Of a stretch of DNA of 64,000 nucleotides, positions 11,757 through 23,284 are shown one piece after another. Where the stretch lies: positions 608,001 to 672,000 of the forward strand of contig CAWETI010000003.1 in assembly GCA_963812015.1 (NCBI GenBank). Direction: 5' to 3'. The DNA comes from an uncultured delta proteobacterium. Its GTDB lineage: Bacteria > Desulfobacterota > Desulfobaccia > Desulfobaccales > 0-14-0-80-60-11. The position numbers were made by a program, and so were the translations under genes. The notes below the pieces were generated by a model, which did not search any database, had not been told where the DNA came from, and saw only the letters and a program-made list of their open reading frames with translations. Each line of letters starts with the position of its first letter. The stretch's first letter is position 1.

Positions 11757-13613
11757 ATGCCTAAGTTTGAATCTATGGACCACCTGGAGGAATACCGGGG
11801 TCGACTTCTCAGCAGCCGGAATCCGAAGGAGCCCCAGGTCCTGGTATGTGGCGGCCCCGGCTGTTTGCCCATGGGGAGCGAGGAAGTAGCGGCAGCTTTC
11901 CAGGCCGAACTGAAGCAGCGAGGACTGGCAGGGAAAGTCGTGCTCAAGGAGAGCGGCTGCCAGGGCTTGTGCGCCAAGGCGGTCAAGGTGATGTTTCGCC
12001 CCCAGGAGATCACCTACCAGCAGGTGACCGCCGAGGATGTGTCCCTCATCGTCGAAGAAACCCTGGTCAAAGGCAAAATTCTGGACCGGTTTTGTTACCA
12101 GGACCCCAAGGACGGGGCCATCAAAGCCCACAAGTCCAAGGTGCCGTTCTACCAGGGACAGCGCCCCATTGTGTTGGCCAAGATGGATGTCATCGACCCG
12201 ACGAGTCTGGACGATTACCTGGCGGCGGGCGGCTACCAGGCCCTTAAAAAGGTCTTGTCCGGGATGAGCCCGGAAGCCGTCATCGATGCGGTGGAACGTG
12301 CAGGCCTCAGGGGTCGTGGGGGCGGCGGTTTTCCCACCGGTCGTAAATGGCGGCTCTGCCGGCAGGTGCCCGGGGACATCAAGTATATTATCTGCAACGG
12401 GGACGAAGGCGACCCCGGGGCCTTCATGGACCGGGCCGTCATGGAAGGCGACCCCCACGCCGTCCTGGAAGGGATGGTCATCGGCGGCTATGCCATCGGC
12501 GCGGGCCAAGGCTATATCTATGTTCGCCATGAATATCCCCTGGCGGTCAAGCGCCTGACCCTGGCCATTGACCAGGCCCGGGAAGCGGGCCTCCTGGGAG
12601 CCAATATCCTGGGGTCCGGTTTCGCTTTTGACGTGAAGATCAGCAAGGGCGCCGGGGCCTTCGTGTGCGGCGAAGAGACCGCGCTCATCGCCTCCATGGA
12701 AGGCAATATCGGCGAGCCCCATCCCCGGCCGCCGTATCCCGCGGTGGAGGGCCTGTGGGGCAAACCCACGATCATCAACAACGTGGAAACCTGGGCCAAT
12801 ATCCCGGCGATCATGAGTAAGGGGCCGGACTGGTTTGCCGCCATCGGCACCGAGAACAGCAAGGGCACCAAGGTCTTTTCCCTGGTGGGCGCGGTGAACA
12901 ACACCGGCCTGGTGGAAGTGCCCATGGGCACCACCCTGCGGCAGATGGTCTTTGACCTGGGCGGGGGTATCCGGGGCGGCGGGGAATTTAAGGCGGTCCA
13001 GACCGGCGGACCCTCCGGCGGCTGCATCCCCAAGCAGTTTCTGGACCTGCCGGTGGATTACGACAGCCTACAGTCGGTGGGCTCCATCATGGGCTCCGGC
13101 GGCATGATCGTCATGGACCACACCAGTTGCATGGTGGACGTGGCCAGATACTTCATGTCCTTCCTTCACGACGAATCCTGCGGCAAATGCACCCCTTGCC
13201 GGGAAGGCACCAAACACCTGCTGGAGATCCTCACCGAAATTACCAAAGGGCATGGCAAAGAAGAGGACCTGGCCCTGATGGAAGAGCTGTGCGCCGCCAT
13301 GTCCTCCGCTTCCCTCTGCGGCCTGGGCCAAAGCGCGGTCAATCCCGTCAGGAGCACCTTGAAATATTTTCGGGAAGAATACGAGGCCCATATCCTCCAG
13401 AAAAAATGTCCGGCATTGGTCTGCCGGCCCCTGCTGAAGTACACCGTTGACCCCGAGACCTGCACCGGCTGCCTGGCCTGTGTCCGGGAGTGCCCGGCGG
13501 ACGCCATCCACGGGGAAGCCGCCGAACCGCAACTGATCGATCAGGAACTCTGCGTCAAATGCGGTATGTGCCATGCGATCTGTAAATTCGACGCAGTTAA
13601 GGTAGAGTCATGA
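11757..13613 (+). CDS. NuoF/HydB-like FMN/NADH-binding subunit with N-terminal [2Fe-2S] and C-terminal 2x[4Fe-4S]
   Basis: GLRGRGGGGFP, NGDEGDPGAFMDR, GEETAL, GGPSGGC, ESCGKCTPCREG and a ferredoxin tail. Confidence 0.92.
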   Translation: MPKFESMDHLEEYRGRLLSSRNPKEPQVLVCGGPGCLPMGSEEVAAAFQAELKQRGLAGKVVLKESGCQGLCAKAVKVMFRPQEITYQQVTAEDVSLIVEETLVKGKILDRFCYQDPKDGAIKAHKSKVPFYQGQRPIVLAKMDVIDPTSLDDYLAAGGYQALKKVLSGMSPEAVIDAVERAGLRGRGGGGFPTGRKWRLCRQVPGDIKYIICNGDEGDPGAFMDRAVMEGDPHAVLEGMVIGGYAIGAGQGYIYVRHEYPLAVKRLTLAIDQAREAGLLGANILGSGFAFDVKISKGAGAFVCGEETALIASMEGNIGEPHPRPPYPAVEGLWGKPTIINNVETWANIPAIMSKGPDWFAAIGTENSKGTKVFSLVGAVNNTGLVEVPMGTTLRQMVFDLGGGIRGGGEFKAVQTGGPSGGCIPKQFLDLPVDYDSLQSVGSIMGSGGMIVMDHTSCMVDVARYFMSFLHDESCGKCTPCREGTKHLLEILTEITKGHGKEEDLALMEELCAAMSSASLCGLGQSAVNPVRSTLKYFREEYEAHILQKKCPALVCRPLLKYTVDPETCTGCLACVRECPADAIHGEAAEPQLIDQELCVKCGMCHAICKFDAVKVES

Positions 13614-14332
13614 AAAACGATTTAGTGAGTCTGACCATTGACGGCATCCCGGTCCAGGCGCCGGCGGGGACTACGCTCCTGCTGGCGGCCAAGGCCAGCG
13701 GCATCGACATTCCCACCCTGTGCTACCACCCGGAACTCAAACCCGAGGGCCACTGCCGCCTGTGCGTGGTGGAAATCGGCGAGGCGCCCCGCACCCGCAT
13801 GGTGAATTCCTGCACCTATCCGGTGGAGCCCGGTCTGGTGGTGCAAACCGCGACGGAGAAAGTCCTGGCCTCCCGGCGCATGGTGCTGGAGCTCCTCCTG
13901 GCCCAGGCGCCGGCGGCGGAACACCTCAAGGAGATGGCCGCGGCCATGGGAGTGCATGAAACCCGCTTTACCAAAGGGGACCCGGCGGCCCGGTGCATCC
14001 TGTGCGGCCAGTGCGTCCGCACCTGCCGGGAGGTGGTGGGGGTGAGCGCCATTTCCATGGCCTTCCGCACCCCGAAAAAGCGAGTGGCCACCCCCTTTGC
14101 CGAGCAATCCGAGGCCTGCATCGGCTGCGGCTCCTGCGTCTTCATCTGCCCCACCAACACCATCGCCTACACCGAGAAGGACGGCGTCCGCACCGTCTGG
14201 GGCCGGAAATTCGAACTCCAGCCCTGCAGCAAATGCGGCAACTACATCGCCCCCAAGGCCCAACTGGAACACTGGGCCAAACTCACCGGCGACCCGGTGG
14301 AAAGCTTCTACACCTGTAAAGACTGCCGGTAA
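13610..14332 (+). CDS. NuoG/HydA N-terminal-like Fe-S protein with no catalytic domain
   Basis: IPTLCYH...CRLCVVE...SC; CILCGQCVRTC; CIGCGSCVFICP; only 240 aa. Confidence 0.88.
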   Translation: MKNDLVSLTIDGIPVQAPAGTTLLLAAKASGIDIPTLCYHPELKPEGHCRLCVVEIGEAPRTRMVNSCTYPVEPGLVVQTATEKVLASRRMVLELLLAQAPAAEHLKEMAAAMGVHETRFTKGDPAARCILCGQCVRTCREVVGVSAISMAFRTPKKRVATPFAEQSEACIGCGSCVFICPTNTIAYTEKDGVRTVWGRKFELQPCSKCGNYIAPKAQLEHWAKLTGDPVESFYTCKDCR

Positions 14333-14335
14333 GCA

Positions 14336-14420
14336 TTTTGAGGGAGGGCCGGGGGAATTTTTCGTAAGAGATTCCCCCGCCCTCCCCCAAACCCCCACCC
14401 GACCCCCGCATAAGATTTGT
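14336..14420. repeat. Partial copy of the G/C-run hairpin repeat family
   Basis: TTTTGAGGGAGGGC...GCCCTCCCCCAAACCCCCACCC...CATAAG. Confidence 0.65.
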
Positions 14421-14422
14421 AA

Positions 14423-14450
14423 GGGCACAGCGAGCTGTGGCCCTTTTTTT
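14423..14450 (+). terminator. Rho-independent terminator after the por-nuoEFG-like operon
   Basis: GGGCACAGC-GA-GCTGTGGCCC followed by T7. Confidence 0.65.
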
Positions 14451-14466
14451 ACTCATTTTATCACGC

Positions 14467-14495
14467 TTGACAAGTCACGGAAAACGTTATAGATT
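14467..14495 (+). promoter_or_regulatory. Sigma70 promoter of higBA, probably giving a leaderless mRNA
   Basis: TTGACA-17 nt-TAGATT; GTG start lies 6 nt after the -10 with no SD. Confidence 0.6.
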
Positions 14496-14501
14496 ATTTC
14501 T

Positions 14502-14783
14502 GTGATTAACTCCTTCCGGTGCAAAGAAACCGAAAGGCTCTTTAACCGTGAGCCGACGAAAAGATTTCCCGGTGATTTGTATCGGCCTGCTTTACGGAAG
14601 TTGTTGATATTGGATGCTGCCGAAAGCCTGGAGGATTTGCGAAGCCCACCAGGAAATCGCTTGGAACCCCTCAAGGGGGACCGGTCGGGACAGTACAGTA
14701 TCAGGATTAACGATCAGTTCCGGATTTGCTTTGTCTGGCAAGATAACCACGCATATAACGTAGAAATAGTGGATTATCATTGA
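14502..14783 (+). CDS. higB: HigB toxin (plasmid maintenance system killer family)
   Basis: MINSFRCKETERLF...PPGNRLEPLKGDRSGQYSIRINDQFRICFVW...VEIVDYH. Confidence 0.92.
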   Translation: MINSFRCKETERLFNREPTKRFPGDLYRPALRKLLILDAAESLEDLRSPPGNRLEPLKGDRSGQYSIRINDQFRICFVWQDNHAYNVEIVDYH

Positions 14784-14793
14784 GGACAAGATC

Positions 14794-15099
14794 ATGACTG
14801 GCAAAAAACTACCTCCGGTGCATCCCGGTGAAATTCTTTTAGAGGAATATCTTAAACCTCTGGGAATTAGCCAAAATAAGCTCGGCCGCGATTTAAATGT
14901 CCCGGCCCAGAGAGTCAATGAAATTGTCCGGGGCCAGAGGGCGATCACGGTGGATACCGCCTTGCGCTTGGCCAGGTATTTCCAAACCAGCCCGCAGTTT
15001 TGGCTTAACCTGCAATCCCGCTATGATCTGGAGTTGGCAGAGGAAACGCGCCTGGTGGATCGGGTTATCCGGGAAGTTAGGGAACGGCAAGCTGTTTAA
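14794..15099 (+). CDS. higA: HigA antitoxin
   Basis: PVHPGEILLEEYL...ITVDTALRLARYF...FWLNLQ. Confidence 0.92.
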   Translation: MTGKKLPPVHPGEILLEEYLKPLGISQNKLGRDLNVPAQRVNEIVRGQRAITVDTALRLARYFQTSPQFWLNLQSRYDLELAEETRLVDRVIREVRERQAV

Positions 15100-15147
15100 G
15101 GGCTAACAAGCCATAGGGGCAAGGTTACTCAGTCGCATAAACTGGCT

Positions 15148-15265
15148 GGAGAAGACGGGCTCGAGGGCCCGCCTTCCCCGGCCTTATTTTTCTCTTATAA
15201 GAGATTGGGGGAGGAAAGGGGGTAAGGGCATTTACGAAAAAGCCCTTAGCCCCCTCCCTCCAACT
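15148..15265. repeat. Hairpin repeat related to 26125-26245
   Basis: Shared GAAGACGGGCT..GCCCGCCTTCC and GATTGGGGGAGG...GGGGGTAAGGGC..TTACGAAAAA..AGCCCTTAGCCCC. Confidence 0.65.
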
Positions 15266-15266
15266 C

Positions 15267-16289
15267 TTACTCCTTCCCGCCAAACCGCCGCTTCGCCATC
15301 TCCGCGGCCATCATGATGGCGGCTTTGAGGGAATCGGGGGCGGCCTTGCCGGTGCCCGCCAAGTTGTAGGCGGTCCCGTGATCGACGCTGGTGCGGATAA
15401 TGGGGAGCCCCAAGGTCACGTTCACCCCGTCCATGAAGTGGAGGAGTTTTAAGGGAATAAGTCCCTGGTCGTGGTACATGCAGATGATGGCGGCGAACTC
15501 CCCCTGATTATGGCGCCAGAACAGGGTGTCGGCCGGGAAGGGGCCCTCCACGGCCAGGCCCGCAGCTTGAGCCTCTTTGACCGCGGGGATGATGATCGCC
15601 TCTTCTTCGTGACCGAACATGCCCGCTTCGCTGGCGTGAGGGTTGAGGGCCGCCACTCCCAGGGGCACGCCCGCCAGCCCGAAGTCCCGGTCCAGGGCCT
15701 TGGCGGTGAGGTGGAAAAGCCGAACCAGGCCTTCCTGGGTGAGCTTTTTCGGCACCTCGGCCAGGGCGCAGTGGATGGTGGCCAGCACCACCCGGAAGTT
15801 GCCCCCGGCCAGCATCATGGCAAACTCAGGGGTCTTGGTCCGCTCCGCCAGAAGTTCGGTGTGGCCCGGGAAGGCGTAGCCCGAAAGCTTCATAGCGATC
15901 TTACTGATGGGCGCGGTGACCAGGCCTGAGACTTTTTGCATCAGGGCCAGATCAATGGCGGCCAGGATATAGCCTACCATGGCCTCCCCGGACGCCGGAG
16001 TGGGGCGGCCGTACTCCAGGTCGCAGGAAGCCAGTTGTGACAGGGGCATGAGGTCCAGGGTCCCGGACTGGTAGCGCCCCGCCCCCGGGCGGTCCGCCAG
16101 TTGGATTTTCAAGGCTGGATCCAAGGCCAGGCGGGCTCGGTCCAGGGCCGGGAGATCGCCGATGATTAAGGGCCGGCACACCCGGTAGATCCGGGCGTCC
16201 GCCAAAGTCTTGACGATGATCTCCGGCCCCACTCCCACGGGGTCGCCCATGGTCAGGGCCAAAATGGGTCTTGAGGGTGAATCAGTCAT
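15267..16289 (-). CDS. pdxA: 4-hydroxythreonine-4-phosphate dehydrogenase
   Basis: TMGDPVGVGPE, GHTE, LNPHA, MYHDQGLIP, RTSVDHGTAY; start placed at MTDSP. Confidence 0.93.
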   Translation of the reverse strand: MTDSPSRPILALTMGDPVGVGPEIIVKTLADARIYRVCRPLIIGDLPALDRARLALDPALKIQLADRPGAGRYQSGTLDLMPLSQLASCDLEYGRPTPASGEAMVGYILAAIDLALMQKVSGLVTAPISKIAMKLSGYAFPGHTELLAERTKTPEFAMMLAGGNFRVVLATIHCALAEVPKKLTQEGLVRLFHLTAKALDRDFGLAGVPLGVAALNPHASEAGMFGHEEEAIIIPAVKEAQAAGLAVEGPFPADTLFWRHNQGEFAAIICMYHDQGLIPLKLLHFMDGVNVTLGLPIIRTSVDHGTAYNLAGTGKAAPDSLKAAIMMAAEMAKRRFGGKE

Positions 16290-17169
16290 GGCGTTGCGAA
16301 CCTCCTCCCGCCGCCAGGCGCTGCACCTCGATGTGCACCTTCCCCTCGTCGAGGGTAACCTTGAGGTAGTGGTGAAAAAAATGTGCGGGGTCGGTGCCAT
16401 ATAAGGGCGCTCCGGCCCCGGCGGTGATGGTATAGGGGACGTCGTCCCAATGGCCGGAAAAGTAGCCGTGGATATGCCCGGCAAAGATGTGGGTCACCTG
16501 GTATTGGCGGAAGAGGGCGGCCAGTTTGCGTCCCGCCGCCTCACCCAGGCAGTGATGATTCTCACCCCCCCGGGGATCAAAGAGGGGGACATGGAGGAAT
16601 ATCAGGCGGGTTTTGAAGGCCCGGGATTTGCGTAATTCTTTCTCCAGCCAGCCCCATTGCAATTCGCCGACTCCGTTGGGCTCTAGATCATTGACGATGA
16701 TAAAGTAGTTGTCCCTGACCTGAAAGGAGTAGTAATCGGGCCCGAAGATTTCCCGGTACAGCCCGGGACTATGATCTTCTTCGAGATCGTGGTTGCCTAA
16801 CACCGTGAGAAAAGGCAGGCGCAGGCCTTGGCGGACCTGCCCCAGGAAAGCCGCAAAGGTCTCCACGCTGCCGCAATCCACCAGGTCGCCCACATCAATG
16901 GCAAAGGCCAGGCCGGGATCACCATCCAGTTGCCTAATGACCTGGTTAAAGACCGCGGGATTGCTGCGGTTGTCTCCCAGGACGGCAAAGGTCAGGGGGG
17001 GACCGGCGGGCACCTTGATCCGGGCCAGGTTGCAGGGGTTCCAATCCTGGGCCGGTAACGGGCCGGGGTCGGTCCCGACCCCGGCTCCCGCCGAGACGAA
17101 GAGGCATAAGACCGTGAGGCCGATAATCAAGACGTGCAGTCTTTCGGGTCGACCCTGAAACAGTTTCAT
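16282..17169 (-). CDS. Exported calcineurin-like metallophosphoesterase
   Basis: GDNR, GDLV, GNHD, H, GHIH motifs; hydrophobic N-terminus. Confidence 0.85.
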   Translation of the reverse strand: MKLFQGRPERLHVLIIGLTVLCLFVSAGAGVGTDPGPLPAQDWNPCNLARIKVPAGPPLTFAVLGDNRSNPAVFNQVIRQLDGDPGLAFAIDVGDLVDCGSVETFAAFLGQVRQGLRLPFLTVLGNHDLEEDHSPGLYREIFGPDYYSFQVRDNYFIIVNDLEPNGVGELQWGWLEKELRKSRAFKTRLIFLHVPLFDPRGGENHHCLGEAAGRKLAALFRQYQVTHIFAGHIHGYFSGHWDDVPYTITAGAGAPLYGTDPAHFFHHYLKVTLDEGKVHIEVQRLAAGGGSQRHD

Positions 17170-17317
17170 CAGACCTCTCCCAACCTATAGTTTACCTGCG
17201 CTTGATGCTCACGGCCGGGGCCGAAGCTTTTCCCGCCACTTTTTTCATGCAATCAACCCGCCAGGTGTGCAACAATAACTATTACCTGAAATATGACGGG
17301 AGATGGAGTCCGTGTCA

Positions 17318-18145
17318 ATGACAGAACCGGGTAAAGAGCGATTGGCAGACATAAAGCTGGGTTTCATCGGCGTCGGCAACATGGGCGGGGCCATCATCAG
17401 GGGGCTGCTGGCGGGAGGCTTTGTTCTCCGGGAGAACCTGGTGTACTACGACCCGGACCCGGCCCGGCAGGCCCAGATGGATGAACTGGGGGTTTCGACC
17501 GCCCTGGATAACGCCGAGGTGATGCACGCGCCGGTGGTGGTGCTGGCCGTCAAACCTCAGGTGTTGGCCCCCGTCCTGGCCGGGGTCAAAGAATTCGCCC
17601 GACCCTGGCACCTGATTATTTCCATCGCCGCCGGGGTCTCCCTGGAGGTCCTGGAAGGGGCCTTCCCCGACTCCCGGGTGATCCGGGTCATGCCCAACGC
17701 CCCCACCCTGGTGGGGGCCGGGATGGTGGCCCTGGCCCCGGGCCGCGGCGTCTCCCCGGAAGACCTGGCCCTGGCCCTGGATCTGTTCCGGGCCGTGGGA
17801 CAGGCCGTGGTGGTGGAGGAAAGGCTCATGGATGCCGTCACCGGCCTGAGCGGCAGCGGCCCGGCCTTTGTGGCCGTGTTCATCGAGGCCCTGGCCGACG
17901 GCGGCGTGAAAATGGGGCTGCCCCGGGCCCTGGCTCACACCATGGCAGTGCAAACCGTCCTGGGCACAGCAAAACTCTGCCTGGAAGAAGATCTCCACCC
18001 CGGCAGGCTCAAAGACATGGTGACCTCCCCCGGAGGGACCACCATCGCCGGTATCCACGCCCTGGAATCGAGTGGCTTCCGGGGCGCAGTCATGGACGCC
18101 GTAACCGCCGCCGCCCGGCGGTCGGAGGAGTTGGGAAAGAAATGA
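17318..18145 (+). CDS. proC: Pyrroline-5-carboxylate reductase
   Basis: GFIGVGNMG, AVKPQ, RVMPN, GLSGSGPAF, VTSPGGTT. Confidence 0.95.
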   Translation: MTEPGKERLADIKLGFIGVGNMGGAIIRGLLAGGFVLRENLVYYDPDPARQAQMDELGVSTALDNAEVMHAPVVVLAVKPQVLAPVLAGVKEFARPWHLIISIAAGVSLEVLEGAFPDSRVIRVMPNAPTLVGAGMVALAPGRGVSPEDLALALDLFRAVGQAVVVEERLMDAVTGLSGSGPAFVAVFIEALADGGVKMGLPRALAHTMAVQTVLGTAKLCLEEDLHPGRLKDMVTSPGGTTIAGIHALESSGFRGAVMDAVTAAARRSEELGKK

Positions 18146-18161
18146 GGGGCGGATTTTAGGA

Positions 18162-18310
18162 GAATTTGGGGGAAGGGGCTAGGGGCGAACGGCCCCTACC
18201 CCTTCCCCCAAACCCCCATCCCCAACCCCTTACAGGGGGTTGGGAGGAGAGTCCAAGGGGAGGGCGGAGGAAATGACTTATGAAAAAACCGCCGGCCCTC
18301 CCCTCAAATT
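18162..18310. repeat. Full copy of the three-hairpin G/C-run repeat
   Basis: TTTGGGGGAAGGGG-C-TAGGGGC..GCCCCTA-CCCCTTCCCCCAAA / CCCAACCCC-TTACAG-GGGGTTGGG / GGGGAGGGC...GCCCTCCCCTCAAA. Confidence 0.85.
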
Positions 18311-18311
18311 C

Positions 18312-19172
18312 CTATCCTAAATTCCACGTCCTCACCAGCCGCAGGTGGATATCAACGGCCGGGGCGCTATGGGTCAGGGCGCCCATGGAGATGAAGTTGA
18401 CTCCGGTGGCCGCCACCTTCGGCAGGCGTTCTTTGGTCATGCCGCCGGAGGCTTCCAAGAGGGCCCGGCCCCGGGTCAGGTCCACGGCTTTTTTCAGGGC
18501 GGCGTCGTCCATGTTGTCCAGGAGGATGCGGTCGGCGCCGGCGTTCAGGGCCTCTTCCAGCCCCTTCAAATCCGTCACTTCCACTTCGACCTTGAGCAGG
18601 GGGTGGGCCTTGGCTTTGGCCTGCCGCACGGCCTGGCTGATGGACCCCACTGCGGTCAGGTGATTGTTCTTGATGAGCACCGCGTCATAGAGCCCCAGGC
18701 GGTGGTTGCGGCCGCCGCCCAGGCGCACGGCGTATTTCTCCAGGACGCGCCAGCCGGGGGCGGTTTTACGGGTGTCCACCAGGCAGGTTGTGGAGCCGGC
18801 CACCTGGGCCACCATGCTGCGGGTGAAGGTGGCAATGCCCGAGAGGCGCTGGAGAAAATTGAGGGCCACCCGTTCGCCGGTAAGGATCGAGGCCGCGGGG
18901 CCGGTGAGGCGGGCCAGGACCGTGCCTTTGGCCACCTCCTGGCCGTCATCCACCTGGGGAGTGAAGGTCACGGCCGGGTCAAGCCGGACAAAAACCCGGG
19001 CCGCCACCGGCAGCCCCGCCACCACCAGGGTCTGTTTGGCCCGGATATGGGCTTCCCCCTGCAACTCCGGGGGGATTAAGACCTGGGTGGTGACATCTCC
19101 CGGTCCCAAATCCTCTTCCAGGGCCAGGTCGATGAGGCGGTCAATGTGGGGTGAGATGAGCATTTTATCCAT
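18312..19172 (-). CDS. nadC: Nicotinate-nucleotide diphosphorylase (carboxylating)
   Basis: EDLGPGDVT, ERVALNFLQRLSGIAT, DTRKT, NHRLGL, ILLDNM, EASGG. Confidence 0.96.
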   Translation of the reverse strand: MDKMLISPHIDRLIDLALEEDLGPGDVTTQVLIPPELQGEAHIRAKQTLVVAGLPVAARVFVRLDPAVTFTPQVDDGQEVAKGTVLARLTGPAASILTGERVALNFLQRLSGIATFTRSMVAQVAGSTTCLVDTRKTAPGWRVLEKYAVRLGGGRNHRLGLYDAVLIKNNHLTAVGSISQAVRQAKAKAHPLLKVEVEVTDLKGLEEALNAGADRILLDNMDDAALKKAVDLTRGRALLEASGGMTKERLPKVAATGVNFISMGALTHSAPAVDIHLRLVRTWNLG

Positions 19173-19183
19173 GAATAAATCCC

Positions 19184-19264
19184 GGTGGGGCGGGCCTCCG
19201 CGCCCGCCTGCTTAACGTCGGATATGTGCGGCAATTATGGGCAGGCACGGAGGCCTGCCCCACC
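19184..19264. repeat. Inverted REP pair (REPIN-like)
   Basis: GGTGGGGCGGGCCTCCGCGCCCGCC and the reverse complement of GGTGGGGCAGGCCTCCGTGCCTGCC. Confidence 0.7.
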
Positions 19265-19273
19265 GATGCCGAT

Positions 19274-19471
19274 TTAATCATAATCCTCTTCAAAAGAAAT
19301 GACGCAAGGAGTCTCCAGGTCGGGTTTGGAGGTGGCATCGATGGGGTCACAAGTCTCGTAGCAATCGCCGGCGCATCCTTCTTGTTCTTCATCCCAGAAA
19401 TTGCAGCGTTCCCGGACGCACTGGCCCAGGCCGGGAAGCGGGCAGATGGGGGTGGTGTAGTCTCGCAGCAT
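19274..19471 (-). CDS. Small acidic Cys-rich protein of unknown function
   Basis: 65 aa with 7 Cys; co-oriented between valS and nadC; no clear SD. Confidence 0.5.
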   Translation of the reverse strand: MLRDYTTPICPLPGLGQCVRERCNFWDEEQEGCAGDCYETCDPIDATSKPDLETPCVISFEEDYD

Positions 19472-19485
19472 ATTTTGGGGATAAA

Positions 19486-19610
19486 GGCGGGCAGTGCCCG
19501 CCCTACGTTATCGGCACAGGGGAGACGCCTGTGCCATCATCTTATGCGGGTTGGGTGGGGGGTGTGGGAGGAGGGCAGGGACGAAGTTCCTGGCCCTCCC
19601 CCCACATCTT
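19486..19610. repeat. Cluster of two REP types plus a partial G/C-run repeat
   Basis: GGCGGGCAGTGCCCGCCCTAC; GGCACAGGGGAGACGCCTGTGCCATC, which resembles the RAYT-flanking REP; GGGAGGAGGGC...GCCCTCCCCC. Confidence 0.7.
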
Positions 19611-19611
19611 C

Positions 19612-22269
<2,658 letters not shown>

Positions 22270-22288
22270 GGTGATCCTTGTAGAAGAT

Positions 22289-22370
22289 ATTTGGGGAAGG
22301 GGGCCAGGTGCCGACGGCCCCTGCCCCCTTCCCCAAACCCCATCCCCCAACCCCCATAAAGGTTGGAGGA
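22289..22370. repeat. Partial three-hairpin G/C-run repeat
   Basis: TTTGGGGAAGGGGGCCAGG...CCTGCCCCCTTCCCCAAACCCCATCCCCCAACCCCCATAAAGGTTGG. Confidence 0.8.
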
Positions 22371-22464
22371 GGAGGTATATTGTGACTAACTATTTAATAT
22401 CATTGCTAACTAACATGTAGGGGGGGAGTTGTCAAGGGAATTGGGGACCAGACTTGGGAAAGGC

Positions 22465-22505
22465 TTGACAGTGGACCGGTAAATTTGGTATGACCATCTG
22501 GTCAT
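22465..22505 (+). promoter_or_regulatory. Promoter and putative TetR autoregulatory operator
   Basis: TTGACA-18 nt-TATGAC; palindrome ATGACCA-TC-TGGTCAT (22490-22505) overlaps the -10 and the start codon. Confidence 0.6.
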
Positions 22506-23154
22506 GAGTGAAGAACCGGTCCTTTCAACCTTTCGGCACCTGCCTGCGGACAAACAGGAAAGGGTGCTGACTGCCGCCCTGGCGGAGTTTGCCGAACAGG
22601 GTTATCAGCAGGCTTCCCTGAACCGCATGGTGGCCCAGGCGGGGATCGCCAAGGGGTCGCTCTACCAGTATTTTCCCAACAAAGAGGGGATGTTTCATTA
22701 CATCTTCCAGTACGCCCTCAAGATGGTGCGGCGGACCCTCACCGCGGTTAAGGAAGAGACCCGGGAAGAGAATTTTTTTGTCCGGCTGGAAAAATCCCTC
22801 CTGGCGGGGGTGGCCTTCTCCCGGGAGCACCCCCGGATTTTCAGCCTGTATCTGAAGATCCAGTTCGATAAAAATGTGCCGTTCCGGGGAGAGTTTCTGG
22901 CCGCGGTGCGGCGCCACGCCACGGAATATTTCGCCTCCCTGGTGCGCCGGGCCCAGAGCCGGGGGGAACTGCGGCCCGGAGTCCCCAAAGACGCGGTGCT
23001 GTTTCTCCTGGATGCGTTGTTCGACCGGTTTCTCCAGGCCGTGGCGGTCCCGGCCCTGGACGTCACCCTGGGCCTAAACCAGGCCACGGATGCGACCATT
23101 CATAAACACGTCCGGGAACTCATCGGCCTCCTCCAGGATGGCCTGATGGCTTGA
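22504..23154 (+). CDS. TetR/AcrR family transcriptional regulator
   Basis: EFAEQGYQQASLNRMVAQAGIAKGSLYQYFPNKE HTH. Confidence 0.93.
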   Translation: MSEEPVLSTFRHLPADKQERVLTAALAEFAEQGYQQASLNRMVAQAGIAKGSLYQYFPNKEGMFHYIFQYALKMVRRTLTAVKEETREENFFVRLEKSLLAGVAFSREHPRIFSLYLKIQFDKNVPFRGEFLAAVRRHATEYFASLVRRAQSRGELRPGVPKDAVLFLLDALFDRFLQAVAVPALDVTLGLNQATDATIHKHVRELIGLLQDGLMA

Positions 23155-23284
23155 GATGGCGATCGGTTTTTTCCACTATTTTAACCGATAAGAACGGCAT
23201 AGGGAGGGAGGAGCAGAAAGCAGACAATCGCCCGAGCCGGTTCCCCAAGAAGTAAACCTGCGGCTGTTGGACAACTGGAGACAG

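Noticed and set aside
11279..14332. Respiratory complex I or [FeFe]-hydrogenase
   Set aside because: There are no membrane nuo genes, and the third subunit lacks H-cluster motifs and a molybdopterin domain.
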